Below are positions 56,821 to 64,000 of a stretch of DNA of 64,000 nucleotides, piece by piece. A program made the position numbers and the translations under genes. Source of the stretch: Octopus vulgaris (lineage: Eukaryota). How positions within the stretch are numbered: position 1 is the first letter of the stretch; every line of letters begins with the position of its first letter. A model generated the notes under the pieces. It did no database searches, was not told the origin of the DNA, and saw only the letters and a program-made list of their open reading frames with translations. The DNA lies in NCBI GenBank assembly GCA_951406725.2, contig OX597840.1, positions 19,468,001-19,532,000 of the forward strand, in the 5' to 3' direction.

Positions 56821-57680
56821 CTAAGAGGGTATATAATTGTATAAAAACAACTTTCGGGGATGTTTACAAGATAATAAAAGTTCAGATCTAAGTACGAAAC
56901 CTTCAGAATTCTGACACAGGAGAAGCAGCTTTTCTGTTTGGCACAGATGGTGCTGCTGTTTCGACCGAAAGCGATTCGGTGATGTTTGATTAAATATGAG
57001 TAATTTCAAGTGTATGGGATTGTATCTTTCAAATGCCGAATATACTTCGATAAAGCATTTGCAAAATTCCTTTCGGAATTAATAAAGGAATGCCTGTGTT
57101 GTTAAACCCTAGCTTTAAAGGAATATTCAGTGCATTCGTATTCAATGCAAGTCTATAGTTACTATTTGAATGTACTTCAGTGCAGTATATCAACGATTTT
57201 GCTGAGCGATTATCATGATTTGCACAGTGACACGTAAGTGTAGGGGGTTAGTTAATTGTGCTAGAACGCTCTTTCGCATTGTAAATTCAGATGGAACTAG
57301 AAATTCTTAACATGCAGAATAACACACATTAATATAATTTCTATTGAAGATTTTATGGCTTTTGTGATTCGCTGGAAAACGATAAGAGATTAGATTAAGA
57401 AACTCTTGTGTAACGTTTGTTTGTAAGAGAAAAATATCCCACAAGATTTTACACCTTTTCCTGCTCCTTAGGGTATAAAGCCCAGGTGAATATTGTATTT
57501 TTCCAGTGGGTCCGTTGTTCATTAGGGCCACATCGTAATAAGGAAATGTACTGACTCATAAATATGGCGTCAGTTGAAGATAATAATGATATACGTCTAC
57601 ACATTTTAGGGAGTAAATTAAGTTATATGTTTTGAGGGTGATAAGGACGTATATTTAGAATTATTTTTCCTTATTTCCTT
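56821..57680 (-). pseudogene. Penelope-like element ORF relic: RT thumb, linker and GIY-YIG endonuclease
   Basis: Minus: HPQNI..LLP...RRISLSS...PYYDVAL; RKR..ILW...TNV.QEFLNLI..RFPANH..HKIFNRN...YSAC; TCHC; SLIY; ECTEYSFKAR..QH.HSF...ALSKYI.HLKD; LCQTEKL...RSELLLSCKHPRK. Confidence 0.8.
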
Positions 57681-58141
57681 TTTTGTAATTTAGCTTGCAA
57701 GATTATTCGTGTGAATTTGTGAGACGTAACAAATTTTAACCATTGCATCACTCAGCTATTTCCCCACAAATTCATAAATATAAATCAGAAGTATTTGTAT
57801 TTAGTTTGCAAGATTCTTGACATGGACACATGATTTGAAACATTTTTTTTTATTACTTCGGGGGGGGGGGCATAATGCCAATAATAAATACACGCACCAA
57901 TAATAAACACGCTAAAGTGGATTCCTAATATGCTAAAGATAGACGTCAAATCGCCTTACCACGAAGAGTGTGTTCTCAAGTCCACTTTAGTGGTCATTCC
58001 TCTTCTTAATTGTTATATATATCGAAATTTGCTATGATGATTCGGTGTCTGACTGCAGATTGAAGGCTTCGAATGATTTGTCTGTGTTCCGTGTTCGTCC
58101 CTTCCTGTATTTCACGTTCATTATATATAAAAACATTTATT

Positions 58142-58216
<75 letters not shown>

Positions 58217-58255
58217 ATATATATATATGTATATATATGTATATGTATATATATG

Positions 58256-58338
<83 letters not shown>

Positions 58339-58373
58339 GTATGTATATATATATATGTGTATATATATATATG

Positions 58374-58409
<36 letters not shown>

Positions 58410-58419
58410 TGTATATGTG

Positions 58420-58615
58420 TATGTGTTTGCTTCCCACCCAACATCACCATCGCTTAACAACCGATGTTGGTGTGTTTATGTCCCCGTAACGTAACGGTTC
58501 AGCAGAAGGTACTAGACTTACAAAGAATAAGTCCTGGGGGTCGATTTCTTCGACTAAAAACCCTTCATGGCGGTGCTCCAGCTTGGCCGCAGTCAAAATG
58601 ACCGAACCAAATAGA
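58420..58615 (+). mobile_element. SINE family 1 3' half (another diverged 3' half near 51920-52100)
   Basis: aaccgatgttggtgtgtttatgtccccgtaac...ggcggtgctccagc. Confidence 0.75.
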
Positions 58616-58904
58616 AGAACATATGCCTAGAATCTCCGATTATCCGTCTGCTCCGTCGGAATTGGTCCGGAATTAAACAGACACAACGGTTACCTTAAAC
58701 AAGCTTCACTAATTCACCCACCTACCATCTTTCTTAATCCTGCAATTACCTAATTACTTAATTACCTTATTACTTAACTTCTTTCCAAATACTCGGCAAA
58801 CAAAGACGGGGTTTCACGTGGTGGTGCGACCAGCTAGAAATAGCAGCCAAATTTTTTTTTTTTCGAAAATCGTATTTTGCCGTTATTAAAGAAGAAAGGG
58901 TGCA

Positions 58905-60300
58905 TTGACAACAATAATAGCAACAACAACACCAATGTAACCATCACCACCATCACCATCACCACCACTACCATCTCCAACAACAACAACAACAAGAGCA
59001 GCAGCAACGACAACAGCAGCAACAACATCATATAATCACCACCACCACCAATACCACCACCACCACCACCAATACCACCACCACCACCACCAATACCACC
59101 ACCACCACCACCACCACCACCAAATACCACCACCACCACCACCACCACCACCACCACCACCACCACTAATACCACCACCACCACCAATAGCACCACCACC
59201 ACCACTACCACCACCACCACCAATACCACCACCACCACCACCACTATCACCACTATCACCACCAATACCACCACCACCACCACAGCCACCAACACCAACA
59301 ACAACAACAATAGCAACAACACAATGTACCTATCCACCCGTTTCAACAATATCGCTACAGTAAGTATCTAGTTTCAAACCTACCCGTCTTATCGCCTACC
59401 CGCTTTCCTAACTACCCGTTATACCCGCCTAACGGCCTCACATAGACAATCCCCTCGCCGTCCCCCACCCTCTTTAACAATTACCTCACTTGCTATTACC
59501 GATTCTACCCGTTTCTTCTGAACCCAGTTGTTATCAGTCACCACCCAGAACTGTAACAGCCTGGGTTTCCATCCGTCGGGACCACAACAACGAAGGCCAA
59601 ACGCAACCGCCACCACTACCACCACCACTGTCATCACCACCACCATCACTACCACCACTACCACCATCACCAGCAGTTCCACCACCACCACTACCACCAC
59701 TACTACCACCACTGTCACCACCACCACCATCACTACCACCACTACCACCAGTTCCACCACCACCACCACCACCACCACCACTACCACCGCTGTCATCACC
59801 ACCACCATCACTACCACCACTAACACCACCACCACAACCACAACCACCATTACCACCACTGTCAACACCACCACCACTACCACCACCACCACCACCACTA
59901 CCATCACTACCACCACTAATACCACCACCACCACTACCACTACCACCACTGCCACCACCACTACCACCACATCACCACCACCACCACTACCACCACCACC
60001 ACCACCACCAAAATCACCACCACCACTACCACCACTGTCATCACCACCACCACTACCACCACCACCACCACCACTACCACCACTGTCATCACCACCACCA
60101 CTACCACCACTAACACCACCACCACTACCACCACCACCACCACCACCATCACCACCACTACCACCAGTTCCACCACCACCACCACCACCACCACCACCAC
60201 CACCACCACCACCACCACCACCACCACCACCACCACCACCACCACCACCACCACCACCACCACCACCACCACCACCACCACCACCACCACCATCACTACC
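58905..60300. repeat. (ACC)n/(CAA)n trinucleotide region with a unique ~290-bp interruption
   Basis: Direct reading. Confidence 0.9.
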
Positions 60301-60634
60301 GTTCGTCAGTGACCTCTCGCTGGTTCACCAAAGACAACTTCAATAAAAATAATGTTTTTGTTGTATTTGGCAGAAGGAACTGTTAGAATGTTGGACGAGA
60401 AACAAATACTTTGTATATCATTCGTTGTCCGTTCGAATCCCGTCGGAGATCAACTTTGCCTTGAGTTCCTCCGGGGCCGATAAAACTACTGGGTTTCGAC
60501 GGTATCGACTTTTAAACCCCTCCCCTCCAAATTGCAGACGTTGTGTTTCAATCCGAAGCCATTGTTGACCTCGACATCAGCAAAGTCTTCAGCCATTTCT
60601 GATCTGAGAGTCTTCCAGTTAAAGTTGCCCGTGT

Positions 60635-61015
60635 GATGATGGAAGAACTCCGTCGGTTACGACGACGAGGGTTCCGGTTGATCCGAATCAACGGAACAGC
60701 CTGCTCGTGAAATTAACGTGTAAGTGGCTGAGTACTCCATAGACACGTGTACCCTTAACGTAGTTCTCGGGGATATTCAGCGTGACACAGAGAGTGACAA
60801 GGCCGGCCCCTTGAAATACAGGTACAACAGAAACAGGAAGTAAGAGTGAGAGAAAGTTGTGGTGAAAGAGTACAGCAGGGATCACCACCATCCCCTGCCG
60901 GAGCTTTTAGGTGTTTTCGCTCAATAAACACTCACAACGCCCGGTCTGGGAATCGAAACCGCGATCCTACGACCGCGAGTCCGCTGCCCTAACCACTGGG
61001 CCATTGCGCCTCCAC
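60635..61015 (-). mobile_element. SINE family 3 (head b + tail Y), TSD aagttgcccgtgt
   Basis: 13-bp TSD at 60622-60634 and 61016-61028. Confidence 0.9.
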
Positions 61016-61064
61016 AAGTTGCCCGTGTAAGCTTTACATTAAAAGAAACTCAACCGTCCTTCCC

Positions 61065-61497
61065 GAACCATAAGCTCATAAGGCTGGTTTCCCGGATTTC
61101 GCGGCGTATACACTTATCCCTCGCCATATCGCGGTTCACCTATCGCGCACTCATTACATCACGGATTTTTCTGGCTAGTATATATATAAATTTATATCGT
61201 ATATCACGGACTTTTCAGTACATCGCGGGTTTCTGCGACCGATAGCTATTTATATTTTTTTAGATTTTAATTATTTCTGAGGGAGGTTTTGGAACCTAAC
61301 GGCCACGATAGTCGAGGGATCACTGGTCGGGGCACCGATCCATGGCAGGACTTCTAATGCTTGCCAGTTGACTGGACTGAACAACGTGAAATGAAGTGTT
61401 TTGCTCAAGGACACAACGCATCACCCGTTCAAGGAATTGAAACCACAATCTTACAGTCGTGAGCGCAACACTATAACCACTAAGCCACGCGCCTCCA
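61065..61497 (-). mobile_element. SINE family 3 (head a + tail X) interrupted by a MITE
   Basis: Head at 61497 (ggaggcgcgtggcttagtggtta on minus); tail gaaatccgggaaaccagccttatgagc. Confidence 0.7.
61111..61325. mobile_element. Tigger/pogo-like MITE
   Basis: Imperfect TIRs cacttatccctcgccatatcg / cgatagtcgagggatcactg; internal atcgcgg repeats; preceded by TA. Confidence 0.6.
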
Positions 61498-61762
61498 CAT
61501 TGTTTACATTTGTACCTCTCAAAGCATCTGGTGTGGAGGACATTGTTAAACCACCGGTATACGGTCTATGTCAGTAAGTCTCAAAGCGTCTTATGAAGAC
61601 CGTGGAAAATTGTTCTCATACCATCTATAGAGATCAGTTTCAGCCTGCCTGGTGTTAATATTTTTCCTCGATGTTTCGTACCCAGCGACCATATTTGCGA
61701 GGAATTTATTTGAAGTATAAAAATATTCTTTAATGAAACTCGAAATTTCATCGACTCACCAA

Positions 61763-61833
<71 letters not shown>

Positions 61834-62478
61834 GTTAGTTTTTAGTTAGTTAGTTAGTTAATTAGTTAATTTTTTGGCTCAAAAAGCAAAAAAGCAAGGC
61901 CATGTAGGGGGACATGGAGTTATGTACAGGGTGGTGTTCATGTAAAGAGTTCAGGCCACTTGTGGTCAAGGGAGACTTTGAACCGAGCGGTCGTCGGCAT
62001 CTTCACCATCTCGTCTGGCAGCTTATTCCACGGATCCGCAACCCGGACGGAGAAAGCCCCTCTCCTTCGATTGAGATGAAATCGTCGCAGATAGAGCTTT
62101 TCGGAATGACCCCGCAGCCGACGCTCTGGAGCAGGAGTGAAGAACAGCTCTTTCGAGAGGTTGCACTTTCCGCTTATGATGTTATGAGCAAGAATGAGAT
62201 CACCACGGCGGCGGCGTTTTTCTAGAGAATAATGGTCGAGCGTCTTCAGCCTTTCTTCATAAGACAAATTCTTGAGACCAAGAACCATGCGGGTAGCCAG
62301 CTTCTGGACTCTTTCGAGATGATGTATGTCTTTGAGGAGATAAGGAGAAGAGGCTTGAATCCCGTACTCCAATATGGGTCTCACCAGCGTGACGTAGAGC
62401 GGTAGGAATATGGCTGCTGCGAGCAATCCGAATGACCGTCGAATCAAGAACAGAACTCCGCGTGCTTTGTTGGCAGCG
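61834..62478 (-). mobile_element. CR1-clade LINE 3' end, 5'-truncated, open frame, (TAAC)n tail
   Basis: ORF 61938-62447: LY.TLVRPILEYG.QA.SPYL.KDI..LERVQ..ATRMV.GL..LSYEERL..L..YSLE.RR.RGDLI...RGH..KL...FSVRV...WN.LP. Confidence 0.9.
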
Positions 62479-62479
62479 T

Positions 62480-62509
62480 GACTGCTGCTGCTGCTGCTAC
62501 TACTACTAC

Positions 62510-62587
<78 letters not shown>

Positions 62588-63020
62588 CTACTGCTGCTGC
62601 TGTTATTTACTGCTGCTTTACCCCACCCTGCTCTGTTCTGCTCTCTGCTCTACTACTACTACTGCTACTACCACCACTACTACTACTACTGCTGCTACTA
62701 CTGCTGCTGCTACTACTACTACTACTACTACTACTGCTACTACCACCTACTCTGTTGCTGCTGCTACTGCTGCTGCTGCTACTACTGCTACTATTAATAC
62801 TACTGCTACTATCACCACCACCACTACTACTACTACTACTGCTACTACTACTACTACTGCTACTGCTGCTGCTACTACTGCTGCTACTACTACTACTGCT
62901 CTGCTACTACTACTACTACTACTATTACTACTACTACCACTACAATTACTACTACTACTACTACTACTACCACTACTACTACCATCACTACTACTACCAC
63001 TACTACTAATTCTACTACAA
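62480..63020. repeat. (CTA)n/(CTG)n mixed trinucleotide repeat
   Basis: Direct reading. Confidence 0.9.
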
Positions 63021-63239
63021 CAATAAAGGCATCAACAATACTGTCATGAGTACGACGACGACCACCACCATTAACGGACACCAGCACCCCTATTACGACA
63101 ACCCTACCACCGACAGCACCGCTACCATTGCCACCACCACCACCACCGCCCCCGCTCTTAAGAAATGAAAAAAAGGAGAAGAGCTTATTAGATTAGATAA
63201 AAGTAATCCTTGATACACTTAGCAACATTTCGACTCAAC

Positions 63240-63800
63240 AACCACCTCCACCACCACCGCAACAACAACAGCCACTGGCACCAATACCATCGCAAATGTC
63301 AACCACCACCACAACCACCACCATAGCCAATACCCTCACACACCACCACCACCACCACCACCACCACCACCATCATCACTAAGAGTTGTGACACTATGAC
63401 AACCACCGCGACAACAACAACAAGCAATCATAATGACTGTAACAGCTACTAGCACATATACACAACCATCAGCGTCACCACACCTACTAGCGCCAATACA
63501 ATACCTAACATTTCCAACACCAATACCACCACCACAACAGCCACTAGCACCAATACCATCGCAAATGTCACTACCACTACCACAACCACCACAGCCAATA
63601 CCCTCAAACACCACCACCACTACCACCACAACCATCATCATCGTTAAGAGTTGTGACACTATGACAACCACCGCAACTACAACAGCAACAACAACCAATC
63701 ATAATGATTGTTACAACTACTAGCACACACACACAACCATCAAAGCCACCACAGCTTACTAGCGCCAATACCATCACAAATGTCACCACCATCACCACCA
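63240..63800. repeat. ~270-bp tandem duplication in CAC-rich low-complexity DNA
   Basis: cagccact.gcaccaataccatcgcaaatgtca...taagagttgtgacactatgacaaccaccgc occurs near 63269 and 63538. Confidence 0.8.
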
Positions 63801-64000
63801 TCACCACCACCACCGCCGCCGCCGCTGCTGCCATGACCACCGCCGCAAATAGCACAACTAATGCCGTAATTACCAGCATTACATTTAACTTCACCCCCCC
63901 CCCCACCACCACCACCACCGACACCACCACTACCACCACCGCCAATACCACTGCTGTTACTATCCCAATCATTGTCTTTACTATCACCATCAATATCACC

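Noticed and set aside
59490-60346. Mucin- or extensin-like poly-Thr/Pro ORFs (also 19066-19680)
   Set aside because: (ACC)n repeats are open in several frames on both strands; there is no evidence of coding.

Overview
This is AT-rich, repeat-saturated animal genomic DNA. The SINE sequences and extreme (TA)n/(CA)n/(CATA)n/(TAA)n/(ACC)n content suggest an octopus or other cephalopod genome (inference). No host protein-coding exon can be supported, and almost all ORFs in the track are translated microsatellites. The non-microsatellite DNA is a nested mosaic of mobile elements: three tRNA-headed SINE families, LINE fragments (RTE, Dong/R4, HERO-like, CR1), mariner relics, hAT and Tigger MITEs, a Helitron-like element, a MITE-derived 216-bp satellite, and four decayed Penelope-like (GIY-YIG) ORF fragments. 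The main signal is roughly 20-25 hammerhead-ribozyme-like motifs (CUGANGA / helix II / GAAA / palindromic helix III / NUH) in about a dozen sequence families. Most lie on short non-coding elements embedded in (TA)n tracts. Many of these elements have a stereotyped fold-back architecture: a full arm with a tail plus an inverted shorter arm that stops at an internal TA-rich patch. All motif and protein calls were made by eye and need Infernal/HMM confirmation.
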